Assembly (NCBI RefSeq): GCF_006345805.1
Contig: NC_042998.1
Coordinates: forward strand, 180,234,001-180,298,000
Reading direction: 5' to 3'
Origin: Octopus sinensis
Taxonomy: Eukaryota
Length of the DNA: 64,000 bases
The first letter of the stretch is position 1. Every line of letters begins with the position of its first letter. The position numbers and the translations under genes are program-made. The notes beneath the pieces are model-generated. The model was not told where the DNA came from. It saw only the letters and a program-made list of their open reading frames with translations, and did no database searches. Shown here piece after piece: positions 24,785-38,050 of this stretch.

Positions 24785-25118
24785 GCACTCTGTCTGTTAC
24801 GGCGGCGAGGGTTCCAGTTGTACTGATCAACGAAACAGCTTGGTCGTGACATTAACGTGCAAGTGACTGAGTACTCCAGAGACACGTGTTCACTTAACGT
24901 AGTTCTCGGGGAGTTTCAGCGTGACACAGAATGTGACAAGGATGGCCCTGTGAAATACAGGTACAGCAAAAGCAGGAAGAGTGAGAGAAAGTTATGGTGA
25001 AAGAGTACAGCAGTTTTCGTGGAGCTTCAGGTGATTTTACTCAAACACTCACAACATCCGGTCTGGAAATCGAAACCGCGAGTCCGATGCCCTAACCACT
25101 GAGCCATTGCGCCTCCAC
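24785..25118 (-). mobile_element. tRNA-derived SINE family C, diverged
   Basis: Reverse complement of the 37394-37780 element, with deletions. Confidence 0.8.
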
Positions 25119-25340
25119 ATGCATGTATATATATATAATGTTTATGTGGATGCGTGTCTGTATTTGTACCCCTATAATATCTTAACGACTGATGTTGGTG
25201 CGTTTACATCCCTGAAACATACTAGTAAGCTAACAAAGAATAAGTCCTGCGGTCGATCTCTTCGAATAAAGGCGATGCTCCAGCCTGGCCGCAGTCAAAT
25301 GACTGAAACAAGTAAAACAATAAAACAGTAAAACAATATA

Positions 25341-25830
25341 CGGGGTCTGATCAATAAGTATCCGTACCGCTGCCATATTAACGAAGCTAAAGCAAACAGA
25401 GTGAAGGCAAAGATTGATTTGGAACTCATTTTGGAACATGCGTACAAAGTTTAAACGTCAGCCTACTTCCGCTCTTTAGAGCAATGCTTGGAAGGAAGAT
25501 ATGTAGCATGTGATCGTCGCATTGACTATGACAGAGAATGTTGTTAGGGAAAAACCTGCTCAGAGGCCTACACAGAGTTTCTGAATGTGCATGGGGAGGA
25601 ATGTATGAGCCGCATGCAGGTGTACGAGGAGTTCAGGCGTTTCGAAGATGGCTGAAAAATGTCGATATTGACAAACGTTCTGGGAGACCCGCAACCAGCA
25701 GAAATAAAAGAATCATCGTAGATGTGCGTGCAGCTGTGACGGGGAAATCGTCGAATCACCATCCGTGAGTTATCAACGGACGTGCAGATTGGGTACTGTT
25801 GAGTTCATTCCATTATCACTGAAGATTTGG
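25341..25830 (+). mobile_element. Mariner (Tc1/mariner) 5' fragment: TIR plus transposase N-terminal HTH, pseudogenised
   Basis: TA + cggggtctgatcaataagtatccg (TIR-like). Translation ...HGEECMSRMQVYEEFRRFEDG*KNVDIDKRSGRPATS...RRITIRELS matches the mariner DNA-binding region. Truncated by a family A SINE. Confidence 0.85.
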
Positions 25831-25834
25831 GTGA

Positions 25835-25986
25835 GAGGCCCAGGACATATTCTTTGTAAGCCTAGTACTTATTCTATCATTATGGTTGCCGAACCACTTA
25901 GGTACGGGGACCTAAACAAGCCAACACTGTTCTCAAGCAGTGATGGGGACATACACAGACACAAAGACACCAACACACACACACAT

Positions 25987-26058
<72 letters not shown>

Positions 26059-26330
26059 GACGGGCTTCTTTCAGTTTCCGTCTACCAAATCCTCTCACAA
26101 GGCTTTAATCGGCCCCAAGCTATAGTAGAAAACACATGCACAAAGTGCCACGCAGTTGGACTGAACCCGGAGCCATGTGGATGGAAAGCAAGCTTCTTAC
26201 CACATAGCCTACGCCTCTGCCTATATAAAAGCTGTGCCCCAGGTGATACTTGTCCAAAGTGCCACACAGTGGCATTGCAGCGGGAACCATGTGGCTGGGA
26301 GGCAGAGTTCTTACCACACAGGAACACCTA
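25835..26330 (-). mobile_element. SINE family A (3'-truncated) plus a second partial head
   Basis: Family A body and head at 25835-26215 and a repeated head fragment at 26225-26330. Confidence 0.75.
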
Positions 26331-26348
26331 TATGCGTATATACATATA

Positions 26349-26379
<31 letters not shown>

Positions 26380-28189
26380 GCATGTATGTGTTTGTGTGTG
26401 TAGTGGGTGTATATTTGCTATTTAATCTATATACCTACCCCTTAGTCGATATGTCTGTATTTTTGTTTATCTATAAAGTGGATTGCAGAATTAGATGTTT
26501 ACTTTAAACATTTTGTAATAAATATAACATTATAATTAACACTGAAATGTAAGAATTAATTATTAAGAATTAAGATGTTAAGGCATTAAAAAATTCAAAA
26601 TATAATGATAGTAATTATAATCATTTATAATTTACCAAGTTATTGGAAAACATTAAAAAAATTTAGAGGGATTACATAATAGGGTGGAAGAAGGAAAGAA
26701 TAGCAATTTTAAAGGCAAATGGGAAAATTAGAATGCAAGCATAAAAAGAAATTTAAAATAATAATGATAAAATAATAAAGTAAATACCATAATGAAAAGT
26801 ATCGAAAATGACTGCGAAAATACATGAAATATACAATAAATAATTATCACAGAAATCTCAGAAATAGATATAAAATATGATATATTATACAATAAAGAGT
26901 TACAAAACGACTTCAAATATTGACATAGGGCCAGCAATTTTAGGAGCGGGCGTAAGTCGGTTACAACGGCCCCCAATACTTGCCTGGTAGTATATTTTAT
27001 CGACACCGGAAGGACGAAAAGCAGGGTTGACATCGGTGTAATTTGAACTCAGAATATAAAGGCGAAAGAGACACCGCTAAAAGTTTTGTCCGATATGCTA
27101 ACGGTTCGGCCAGTCCACAACATACAAAGAGTTATAGAATGAAAAGGGTAACGTATAGAACTTCATAAAATATCTCAGACAGTATACCAAATAATTTAAC
27201 TATAATGTACAAAGTTCGCTGCACACCAAGATCTTACTGTTCGGTGCAAGCACACATTGTAGGGTAAACTACTGAGGATGCTAATGTGTTCCATCTCTAT
27301 ATATTATATATCCTACAGTCAATCAGATAGCATCCTAAATATTAGATATGAAATCTTCACTCCATGTATTCACAAGCAGCAATTCACACTTAAACACTTT
27401 AAAGAGGAACCACCTGCTGCGCCGTTAATCCCGCCAGGATATGCCCTTTCCTGAACGTGAAGTGTGAATGTACATAACACACGAACTCCACACACAGAAA
27501 TAAACCCCCATAACGAACTACCTCAACATACAAGCATACCAAGATCACATACATCTAGAATATAACATGAGACACAACTGTTTGCCCAAAAATTAAACCC
27601 AAGGGAGATATCCACGCAAAAGACGTTATCCAAAAGTGGCGCACCTTGATCTATTGTTTTCTTCACAAGAATCTCCTCGAATTCAACGAGACTTTGTGAT
27701 TATCCACTAAGTTACGGTGATGTAAACACACCAACATTGGTTGTCAAGCGATGGTAGGGGAACAAACACAGATACACAAATACATACATACATACATAAT
27801 ATATACATACACATACATACATAATATATACATACACATACATACATATGTATATATACGACAGACTTCTTTTAGTTTCCGTCTACCAAATCCACTCACA
27901 AAGATTTGTTCGGTCCGAGGCAATAGTAGAAGACACCTCCCCATGGTGTCACGCAGGGAGACTGAACCCGAGACCATATGCACTTTTCTACATCTGTTTG
28001 TCTATGAGAATTTAGGCAGTGGGGGAGGATTTTAGAATTAGAAAATAAATTTGAATATTTGGTAATAAATATAATTAACACTACACTATAAGTAGAACGA
28101 ATGAAGAATTCTAAAATGTAAGAACTAAGAATCTTAGGAACTACAAAATGGAATATATAGAATAAATATTATTATGAAGAAATAATAAA

Positions 28190-28227
<38 letters not shown>

Positions 28228-28765
28228 TAAGAAGAAGAAGAACAGCAACTATAACAATAATAATAAAACAACAGCAATATAATATTCATGCGGAGGAGGT
28301 GACGGAGGTGAAGAAGAAGAAGCAGAACAACGACAACAAAAACAACAGCAACCATAACAACAATAATAAAACAAGAGCAATATAATATTCACGCGGAGGA
28401 GGTGACGGAGGTGAAGAAGAAGAAGAAGAAGAACAACACAACAACAACAACAGCAACCATAACAATGGTAATAAAACAACTCCAATATAATATTCATGCA
28501 GAGGAGGTGACGGAGGTGAAGAAGGAGAAGAAGAAGAAGAAGAAGAGAAGAAGAAGAAGAAGAAGAAGAAGAGAAGAAGAAGATGAAAAAGAAGAGGAGG
28601 AGAAGGAGAAGAACAACAACAACAATAACAACAACAACAATCATAACAACAATAATAAAACAACAGCAATATAATATTCATGCGGAGGAGGTGACGGAGG
28701 TGAAGAAGAAGAAGAAGAAGGAGAAGAAGAAGAAGAAGAAGAAGAAGAAGAATGAAGAAAATTAA
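28190..28765. repeat. Compound minisatellite: four copies of a ~40-bp core separated by (AAT/AAC)n and (GAA)n tracts
   Basis: Core caatataatattca(t/c)gc(g/a)gaggaggtgacggaggtgaag at 28275, 28378, 28483 and 28667. Confidence 0.9.
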
Positions 28766-29114
28766 CAAAGTATATTTTAATGTATGATAAGGAATTAGGG
28801 CGTGTGAATGAAAGATGCAAACCGAGAAAAAAAAAAGGGGAAGCTTATAAAGGTAAATAGGGAAATATAAAAAAAAATATACAACTCAGAATAGAAATAG
28901 AAAAATATAAATAATTCCAATAGAAAATACCTATGATAATGACAAAATAACGTAAAGGTATTAACGATAAAATATGAATGCATAAATATAAATCAAATAG
29001 GTTTCGCACAACGCTTGAGCAATATAAGAAATTTAAGAAACATATACAATAAAATGTATCAAATATAATATATTGAAAAGATTATATATAATTTATATAT
29101 GTGTGTCCTTGGGA

Positions 29115-29163
<49 letters not shown>

Positions 29164-29477
29164 TAGATGCATAGAGAATTGTATAAATGTATATGCACAC
29201 ATATATTCACACATATATTTCGTATGCATGCATATATGTCTGCGTACAAGTTGGGATGTATGTCACTTTCTATTCTACAAGTCATTTAAGTTTTAAAATG
29301 GAAATTGACTTTCGTGCGAGTGTGTACATAAACATAGATAAACACATACATACATACATACATGCATACATACATACAAACATACATACATACATACATA
29401 TATATACTTACATATATTTGTGTAAAGGGAGTAAGTGAGAGCGTCAATACAAGTATATGTCTCCCCACCTCTCTCTA

Positions 29478-29522
<45 letters not shown>

Positions 29523-29879
29523 CTCCAAAATATATAATACAAATAAATTTAAAAGGTTAAAAGAAAAGAGGCAAATTTATTTTCGCGAAGATCCATTTTA
29601 AGCTGATGGTTTTTGAGATGTTTTGTAACAGGTTGTGTGTAACGTTGTAAAATCTTTATTTAAAATGATTTTGGTAAAAAGGTTTTTCGTTGGTGATCGA
29701 TGTGTATTGATCCATGTGTAAACAAATATAAGTGTATATAACTATAAATATTGTGGGTGGGGTTACAAATACGCACATATACACACATCATCTCTCTCCC
29801 TGTAGTAGTAGTAGTAGTAGGTTTTTGAATAGTAACTTTCAGGCTTTATCCATTTTTGAAATTTGTTTTCTCTTCCTGG

Positions 29880-30760
29880 ATCTGGAAACAGAGGCAGTGT
29901 CAACGACCAGTCAATGATCTGGGAGGTTGTACACCATAATGGGTGAGAAGCGAAGTGTCAATCAGAGATGCTTGTGTGAAGGTAGCACGAGACCAATTAG
30001 CTCCGATTAACGTAGGACATTACGTTAAGGTTAGAAACATCAGAGAGAGAGAGAGAGAGAGAATTTATAGATTGAAGAAAGTGGAGAGAAACAAAGCCGG
30101 ACATACCGTAGGTGATAGAAGGAAGGGCAGAAAGAATTCTGTTAACAAAAGCTAATATTACGATTTGATAAAAAGTTTGATAAAAGTGAGTCAAGTGATG
30201 TGAGATTGGCCAAGCCCATAAGCGTGCAATTTCGATGTGAAATTCGCAAGTCGAAAGCCTAGCTGATGTCGAGGGCAACAAAATTGATTTCTCCAAATTT
30301 CGCTAAGGGGAGTCCCACAGCTGAGTATCGCATGACGTAGTATTTTAAGTTGCCAGTGGATATGGGTTTAAAGAGACCGCGATACTACTCGTTAGGGAGA
30401 GTGAGATATTCAAGCTGTCAAGGTGTGTTGTTAATGTTAGCCTAAAAGATACTGGAAGTGAGTGCGAAGGGGCGATATTAGCAGGGCTAAATATGTTACC
30501 TTTCTTGTGATTGGGACACACTGTATTGTGTCTCCAAGATCAGCGTAGATTACCTTGTAAAGACTCCAAGGAAGCTAGAGAGCCTTGGCAGTTAGCTCTC
30601 AAGTATACTATTTCAGAGTTAGAAAATGCGTATTCTTGAGGTTGTTGGTCCGAAAGGGAAGAAATCGATAGATTTGGAAAGAGTTTATCAAGTGTATTCA
30701 GTGTAATAGCAACAAAACGGGGAAATTATCTAAATTGTGGAAGTAAGGAAGCAGTGGGAC
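29880..30760 (-). mobile_element. Degenerate LINE RT fragment, CR1/L2 group
   Basis: Minus-strand translation fragments HKKGNIFSPAN..., STGNL, FGEINFVALDIS*AFD correspond to RT motifs PVHKKG...PANYRP, RSTGDL and VALDISKAFD; many stops and frameshifts. Confidence 0.7.
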
Positions 30761-31721
30761 AATATATTCACAAACATATTTGTAAATTCATCGAAATATG
30801 GTTAGTTACACAGCATTCTTGACTGTCAAAATTTTACCAGAAAATGCAACGAGCATTATTCTATTGTTATGTGCAAACCACGCGATATATATGTGTTCAC
30901 TTACAGTATCTAAAGATATTTCTTGAGTTTTACGTATTTTCAGCGCACAAAATATAAAAAGATGGCTAATGTTTATGAACTTTTTAGTTTTTATGAATAA
31001 CTGTCCATATATCAGGGAATACCAAATCCAATTATATGAAAAGTGAACAATTTTAGTTAAATGGTTCTTGAAAATTCATCAGTTAGTATTGACGGAAACT
31101 TTTACAAGAATTCGACATTGCCGATCTTTTGTTGAAAATTGCAAAATCTTCTAGAACCATATATTTCAGAGGGAGACGAGTTGTATAACGGATAATCGGT
31201 ATTATATATGTTGATACTGTCACCCTTCCAACTTCAAATACTTTTGGACAGTAAAGTAACGTTATTCTGAGTATCTACAAGTGCGTGCATATATATATAT
31301 TACCCCAAATTTTTAATTTAACAAATTTATACCAAATGTTTTACGAGTCTAAGCGTAAATTCAAGGTAAATTCAAGCGTAAATTCAATATGCAACATTGA
31401 TTCTCTTATATATTTATATATTTTTATATGATGTTTATATATTTATATATTACTAAATTTTTAAACGTGGGGCTTTATATCTGTTCTGTAGATATAAATG
31501 AATATATGAATATATGTATGTGTTTGATCTTTCTGTGGATTTTGTAGTGTTCTTGCGGTTGCTGCTCGCATTGCCTCCCCTCGGATTAAAAGAAAGTAAT
31601 ATATATATATATATATATATATAAATTTATATATGAGGATAATATCGATATTTAAGTATCCATATTATCAAGTGGCCAGCATGGGAAAATACCGTACAAA
31701 GGTAATAATTTTTAACAATTA

Positions 31722-31862
31722 AAAATGAGGGTGTCTAAGAGACACCAACATGCCGAAATAGCAGTCGAAACTCTGACTATAAAAACCACGTTAAGTGTTC
31801 GTATCGCACCATGTCTTATCTCATGGTGCGATACGAACACTTAACGTGGTTTTTATAGTCAT

Positions 31863-31870
<8 letters not shown>
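31722..31870. repeat. (TA)n-embedded element with perfect 40-bp fold-back
   Basis: 31774-31813 is the exact reverse complement of 31822-31861 (8-nt spacer). A related monomer lies at 41947-42041 (-). Confidence 0.9.
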
Positions 31871-31904
<34 letters not shown>

Positions 31905-31911
31905 TATATAT

Positions 31912-31987
31912 ATACTTTATAAATAGGGTTCAGCAACGATTTGCTCCTGGTGAAGCAAATCGTTGCTGAACTCTATTTATAAAGTAT
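31912..31987. repeat. 34-bp inverted repeat (1 mismatch, 8-nt spacer) abutting (TA)n
   Basis: atactttataaatagggttcagcaacgatttgct / agcaaatcgttgctgaactctatttataaagtat. Confidence 0.9.
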
Positions 31988-32065
31988 TACTTAAGCTTAT
32001 CATGAATTGGTCTTTTTCATGCCGAATTCTGCTTGGTGAAATTACTGATTAATTTTACCCATTGT

Positions 32066-32097
<32 letters not shown>

Positions 32098-32649
32098 GTG
32101 TGTATGTATGTACGTATGTATGCATGCAAGTATGTATGACATAGAATGAAGTGTACATTCAAAAAAGAGCTAAACGGCTTTAGGAGATTTAACACCGAAT
32201 TACATGAGTCACCACATAAGTATTACAATTTTGTTTCAACTTTCTAAAATAAACTACTCAGAGCCTTAAACATTCTAGCAACTCCTCATCATTTGACAGT
32301 ATTTTTAAGGGAATGATGTTCGAAAGACATAAGGTGCTTTGTTTCTGTTTATCGCTTCCTTTTTTAGCATCTCATTTCATTTTGTTAAACATAATGATTT
32401 TGTCCAGATGTAGGTTGAAGCTGTAACAATTTAAAATCAAATACAAAATGAAGCATTAGAAAATACACATGCTCAAGAGGAGAAGCGATTACATGCTTAA
32501 TACATATAAGTGTTAATGTGCGAGTACATATGGTATTGCGGCAATCACACCGACGCGTCAAAAAGGGTAGTGATGCAGACTCATACGTTTGAATAGCTTT
32601 CATCTTGAAATTATATATTCTTGTATAAATATGTATATGTGTGTGTGAA

Positions 32650-32673
32650 ATAATAATAACAATAATGATGATG

Positions 32674-32721
<48 letters not shown>

Positions 32722-32805
32722 GTAATAATAATAATAGTAATAATAATAATAATAATAATAATGATGATGATGATGATAATAAAAATAATAATAATAATAA
32801 TAATG

Positions 32806-32851
<46 letters not shown>

Positions 32852-32867
32852 TAATAATAATAACGAT
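32650..32867. repeat. (TAA)n microsatellite
   Basis: About 215 bp of TAA with TGA/TAG interruptions. Confidence 0.95.
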
Positions 32868-33520
32868 AATGGGAGATTCAAAACAGAACAACACAGCAAG
32901 CAGCTGGAAAGGAAATACGTGACCAGATCATGCAGGAAAACCTGGATGCTGGTTATAAAGAACCGGTGGGATCCTGAAATGAGAGATAGAATCGTTAAGT
33001 GTATCCACTCAGGATCAAGATATTAGAACGAATCTGATAAATAAAATCGACAAAATCCAGTTACAGAACATGCAAAATCTGATCATAATAAGACTGATCA
33101 TACTGTTGACTGATCATATTATTGGAGTAAGTATACTAGTTAGGATTGTAGATGGCAAAAGAAACGAACCAAGTAAGATCATAGACTTTGTAATACCATA
33201 TGATAACGGAGTGGATACCAAAAGATTTGAAGAAATGAGAAACGGCAGGATATGACTTGAACGATGAAGGAATTGTAGAAAACTAAGACAGAATTATTCT
33301 TGTGCTAATTAGTACACTTGGCACAACACCCAAACTGCTACCAAAGAGACTGACAAATATTGGAACTGAGACCGGTACTGGAATGGAGACTCAGTCTGCA
33401 GAAAAGAGTCATCCTGTATTCTGCAAGAACTCTAGGAAAGTGTCTTGAGATTTGAAGGGACTTTTGTCGACAAACCTCTGGCTAATACTCCTAGGCTGGA
33501 ATAAAGATGATAATAATAAT
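32868..33520 (+). mobile_element. 5'-truncated Dong/R4-clade non-LTR element (restriction-like endonuclease 3' region), degenerate
   Basis: Translated fragments TQDQDIRTNLINKIDK, DHIIG, KIIDFVIPYDNGVDTK, STLGTTPKLLPKRLTNIGTET and LQKRVILYSARTL match the R4/Dong C-terminus. Flanked on both sides by TAA repeats. Confidence 0.8.
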
Positions 33521-36133
33521 CCTTTCTACTGAAATTTGGAAGGAAGAGGACGAGTCGATTACATCGATCTCAGTGTTCCACTGGTAATTAATTTATCGAA
33601 CACAAAAGGGTGAAAAGCAAATTCGACTTGAACACAGAACGTAAAGACGGATGAAATGAAGCGAAGCATTTTGCCCGGTGTGCAAACGATTCTGCCAGCT
33701 CGCCGCCTTGATGATAATAATAACAACGCAACATTATATTCTCATATCATTTCCTTTACCAATCGGTTTCAGGAGTTCAGATTACCCCAGCAATCATCAG
33801 GGAACGCAATAAAGAAAAGTACATCGTGGTATGAAGATGTTACATCCAGCTGGATGGTTTTACGGCCGTCGTAAAATATGAAACGAAATCGCCCAGGTCA
33901 CAGCTAAGAGATAAGAATTTTGTTTAGTTACGCCATTTGGAGTGGGAGGAGAAAATTCTCATCAAGGTTTGGAAGATATTTACTTGTAGAGTGGAATTGG
34001 GGCTGGGGAGAGGTTGGAATAAGGTAGAGGTACGGGAAAGTGGGAGAACGTTAATGTTAGCGTCAAGTGTACTTATATGCATGTGTATGCGCGTATTTAG
34101 CAATACTACAGTTGGGTGTGTCTTATGTCAATCCCTTAGATATCGGTAAGAGAGAAAAACCGATGTGGTGCTCCAATGGTTATATTCATGGCGCAGTCGG
34201 CTTGTAAGCTAGAGTAAATCTGCTCTCATGAGTGCAGGTTGGGAAAATTTCAATCATGCAGTTAAGGTAGCTGCCCACGTGGAGTGAGTTATTTAGTATA
34301 ATCCTTTCCGCAGCCAAGTAGACCCTGCATCTCCTACTGCTGTTAAGTAAGGTTTGCATTTTTACAGTACCCACCACTTGATGTTGTAATGTGCAGCGAT
34401 TTCCTTTACCTTTCATATATGCCTTGTTAGGAATGTGATATTTCGCCTCTCTTTGATGCTAAATAAGAACATGTGGTTGATGAACATTGTCACTTGCCCA
34501 AATATTTTCACAGGTTTATCGTTCCATTTGGACGCTACCTTTGACACCACCTCCGATCATACACAACGGGTTTTTGTATTTAATGGCCGTTAAGTGGATA
34601 TGCGGTGCTATCTCTTCATGAGTCGCATGATGATAATGCAAAAGTTTAAAGAAACCTCGACGCCTGATTAACTATTGCCAATGAATTTATTCTTGCACCG
34701 GTTTACGGGCTTTTTCTGTAAACATGTCCGATTACTTGTATTTTAACTCTTACACCTTCTCTATTTTAAAGCTTCTTTTGGGAATGAAAATGTTTTTAAG
34801 AATGAGCATGTGTATTTACATATGTCTGTGTGTATGTGTACCTATGTGCGTTTAGAAAGCGAAAATGCATATATTTGTAGATGTTTGTTACTCTTTAGTT
34901 CTGTCGTATTACTCTTCTCTTGATTTTCATTACTGATCTTTCTTTCACTCCTATATTCCCCCCCTCTCTCTCGCTCTCTCTCTTTCTCGTGATATTCATA
35001 TATTTCACCGTCTGAAGACACCTACTGAATGCTAACCTTCTCATCGAGCTGTATCCATTTATAATGCTTCATCTCACTCTTTCTCTCGGCATCGTATAAC
35101 CAACTCAGAATGACGACCCTGTGCATACATATCCGGGATATGATTCCCCTAATACGTAAATGAGGTCTCTTCAGTACATTATAGTCTTTCTGAAACATAC
35201 CACGTGTGAACCGATAAATCACAGATCTGATGTTGGATTTCATAGTCAATATTTATATTTACAAGTATATGCATTCTTCGCCTTTACATACAGTTGAAAA
35301 TTCAGTATGAATTTCCCTATAACCAAATGATTTATTATTTTGATATAAAGCAAATTATATAAATACAACATTTACTGTTGTTAGTCCCGAATAAATCCCG
35401 TTGGAGCAAATGCATTACCAGAAGCATTCTATCCACGACGATCCTGTTTTACAGTTACTGCTTATTAAATTATCCAATGCGTTTCTTCCCTGTTTTTAAT
35501 GACACAATAGGAGTCATAATTTGAGAAAAAATTATTCACTAATTCTATTTGTTTAAATTACCTGATAGCCTCTGTTAATGGTTTGATAAATAGAAGAATA
35601 TTTTGTTTGTTTATTACCATGCAAGTTTCGAACAACCAATTTTATAATCAAATACGTTTCACTCGTAAATATCTTAGACTTTTGTATATGAAGTGCAGGT
35701 CTACATTGTCTTATGAGCGTTTTTCTTAATATAGTAGGGTAATGATTAAAAGAAGATTTCGCTGCTATTTCTAACGCATCACGTGGTCGCGTTGGAGATC
35801 GTTTGCTCAATAAATAAATGGTTTATAACATATGCACACGGATACAGTTTTGAGGGAGAAATGTAACATCATAATCGATCCTTTATAAGTTGTATTTCTT
35901 CGTTTATTTGTTCACAGCTCAAGCAACATGCTAAATTTAAGTTTTTTTCTTACTGATAGACAAAGGCAAGGACTCGATACGTTAGAATTTCCATTCTTAA
36001 CAGCAGTGAAGCTCATCACACTCCCGAAAGATAGTACTTTGTTTTATTGACTGCAATTTGATGAACAACAAAATTATTTCACTATATATATACACACACA
36101 CACGTGTATATCTATCTATCTATCTATCTATAT

Positions 36134-36215
<82 letters not shown>

Positions 36216-36459
36216 CGTATCTATCTATCTATCTATCGATCTATCTGTTTTTATATACACACATATGTACTCATGTATATATATCTATACATATATGCGC
36301 ATACATAAATATACATAGACGTATATACACGTATATATATATTTAAAACCGTGTGTGTGTGTCTTTATGCGTCTGTTTGTGCAAATTTACGGTTATGCAT
36401 GTGCTTTGCGATGTAGCATACCTGAATCTTAGTCAATTTTGTATGTATGCATATGTTGT

Positions 36460-36620
36460 TAAATGTAGATCATGGGAGATGCCAGCTTACGAACTTCCCA
36501 AAAGCATTTCTACTTGTACTAAACTAAGAACAAGCAAACAACATATTCCTAGACTTCTTTAGGGTGTTCGATAAAGTCAAGAACCGAAAATTTTGTCAGA
36601 AGTCATGAAGCTAAGGAATT
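36460..36620 (+). mobile_element. Possible CR1 RT remnant
   Basis: atattcctagacttcttttagggtgttcgataaagtc resembles IFLDF..(A)FDKV; short and highly decayed. Confidence 0.35.
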
Positions 36621-37393
36621 CAGAAGAAAAAGAAACATATAGCATGGATCAAGAGTTATATTCAGCAGAGAACGTGTAATGCTTTTAGTGACATATTGAC
36701 GAATCTGAAGCACTCCAGAAATATATCACACTTTCTTTGGGGTTCTTTTAAGTTTTTCGAGGTTCTCTTTTCTCTCTTTCTTTTTCCTTTTTGTTTTTGT
36801 TTTTGTGCTGAACATAAATGACAATCACGAATATATTGGCTCCAACTGAATTCTCTTTTTATCGGCTATTCAGTTATCTCTAGGCCAATTGAAAGTAATG
36901 TACAAAACAGAAAAGAAAAAAAAGATTGATTCATTTTCTAATGACGTTTTACACTGACAAATTTAGCGTAATACTAATAATATAATACAAGCGGCCATTA
37001 AAAAAAAATAAACAAACAAAACTATGGAATTTGTTCGACGTATTGGAAAAAGAAGCAAATCTTATTCAAGTGACATTCTAGGTTCTTTAAAATGCAGGGA
37101 TACTACAGATAATTCAGTCCTAGATACAGTAAGACTAGAAATAAGGTAAGATATTCACGACACAAGGCCCTTGAGCCACTCCGTAATTTCTGCCCATTAC
37201 TACCACCACTACTGTTGCTGCTGCTGTTTTTGTTGCCGCTGCTGCTTTTGCTCCTGCTGCTAATTATATATATATATATATATATCTCCTTGTTTCTCTC
37301 CTTGTTTTTTTCTGTGTCCCTTTCTGTAGAAGAGCGTCGGCGCGAAACGTAAAAGACTTTTTCTATTCCTGAGCATTATACTAATACATCTGT

Positions 37394-37780
37394 GGAGGCG
37401 CAATGGCCCAGTGGTTAGGGCAGCGGACTCGCGGTCATAGGATCGCGGTTTCGATTCCCAGACCGGGCGTTGTGAGTGTTTATTGAGCGAAAACACCTAA
37501 AGATCCACGAGGCTCCGGCAGGGGATGGTGGTGATCCCTGCTGTACTCTTTCACCACAACTTTCTCTCACTCTCACTTCCTGTTTCTGTTGTACCTGTAT
37601 TTCAAAGGGCCGGCCTTGTCACTCTCTGTGTCACGCTGAATATCCCCGAGAACTACGTTAAGGGTACACGTACTGTGGATTGCTCAGCCACTTACACGTT
37701 AATTTCACGAGCAGGCTGTTCCGTTGATTCGGATCAACCGGAACCCTCGTCGTCGTAACCGACAGAGTGCTTCCAATCCA
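37394..37780 (+). mobile_element. SINE family C, full length, 14-bp TSD, inserted into a family D repeat
   Basis: Head ggaggcgcaatggcccagtggttagg...gtttcgattcccagacc, tail ccctcgtcgtcgtaaccgacagagtgc. TSD actaatacatctgt at 37380-37393 and 37781-37794. Confidence 0.9.
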
Positions 37781-37856
37781 ACTAATACATCTGTTTGTTT
37801 TGTACACCACCTGTCTTCGTCTTTTGTTTTTTTCGTAAACTCTCCCTACATATCTA

Positions 37857-38050
37857 AACAATTGCAGTGTGGAAGGTGTTTATGAGCCATTTAAGAAACA
37901 CACAACATCCGTTAGATTCACTTCAACATTTAAATTTAATTTGTCAAAATATTTTCCACGCTTTGAGACCGCGACCTGTCACTGACAAAATTCCGTGCTA
38001 CATCTGTGTTTCTTAAATGGCTTATAAACACCTGCCACGCTGCAATAGTT
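37857..38050. mobile_element. MITE-like or fold-back element with ~45-50-bp terminal inverted repeats
   Basis: attgcagtgtggaaggtgtttatgagccatttaagaaacac pairs with gtgtttcttaaatggcttataaacacctgccacgctgcaat (3 mismatches). No direct TSD found. Confidence 0.75.

Noticed and set aside
27316-27455. Possible terminal exon QSDSILNIRYEIFTPCIHKQQFTLKHFKEEPPAAPLIPPGYALS* with downstream AATAAA
   Set aside because: The acceptor is plausible but there is no homology evidence; such ORFs occur by chance. RNA-seq is needed.
28190-28765. CRISPR-like repeat-spacer appearance
   Set aside because: Spacers are low-complexity trinucleotide tracts of unequal length, the context is eukaryotic and no cas genes are present.
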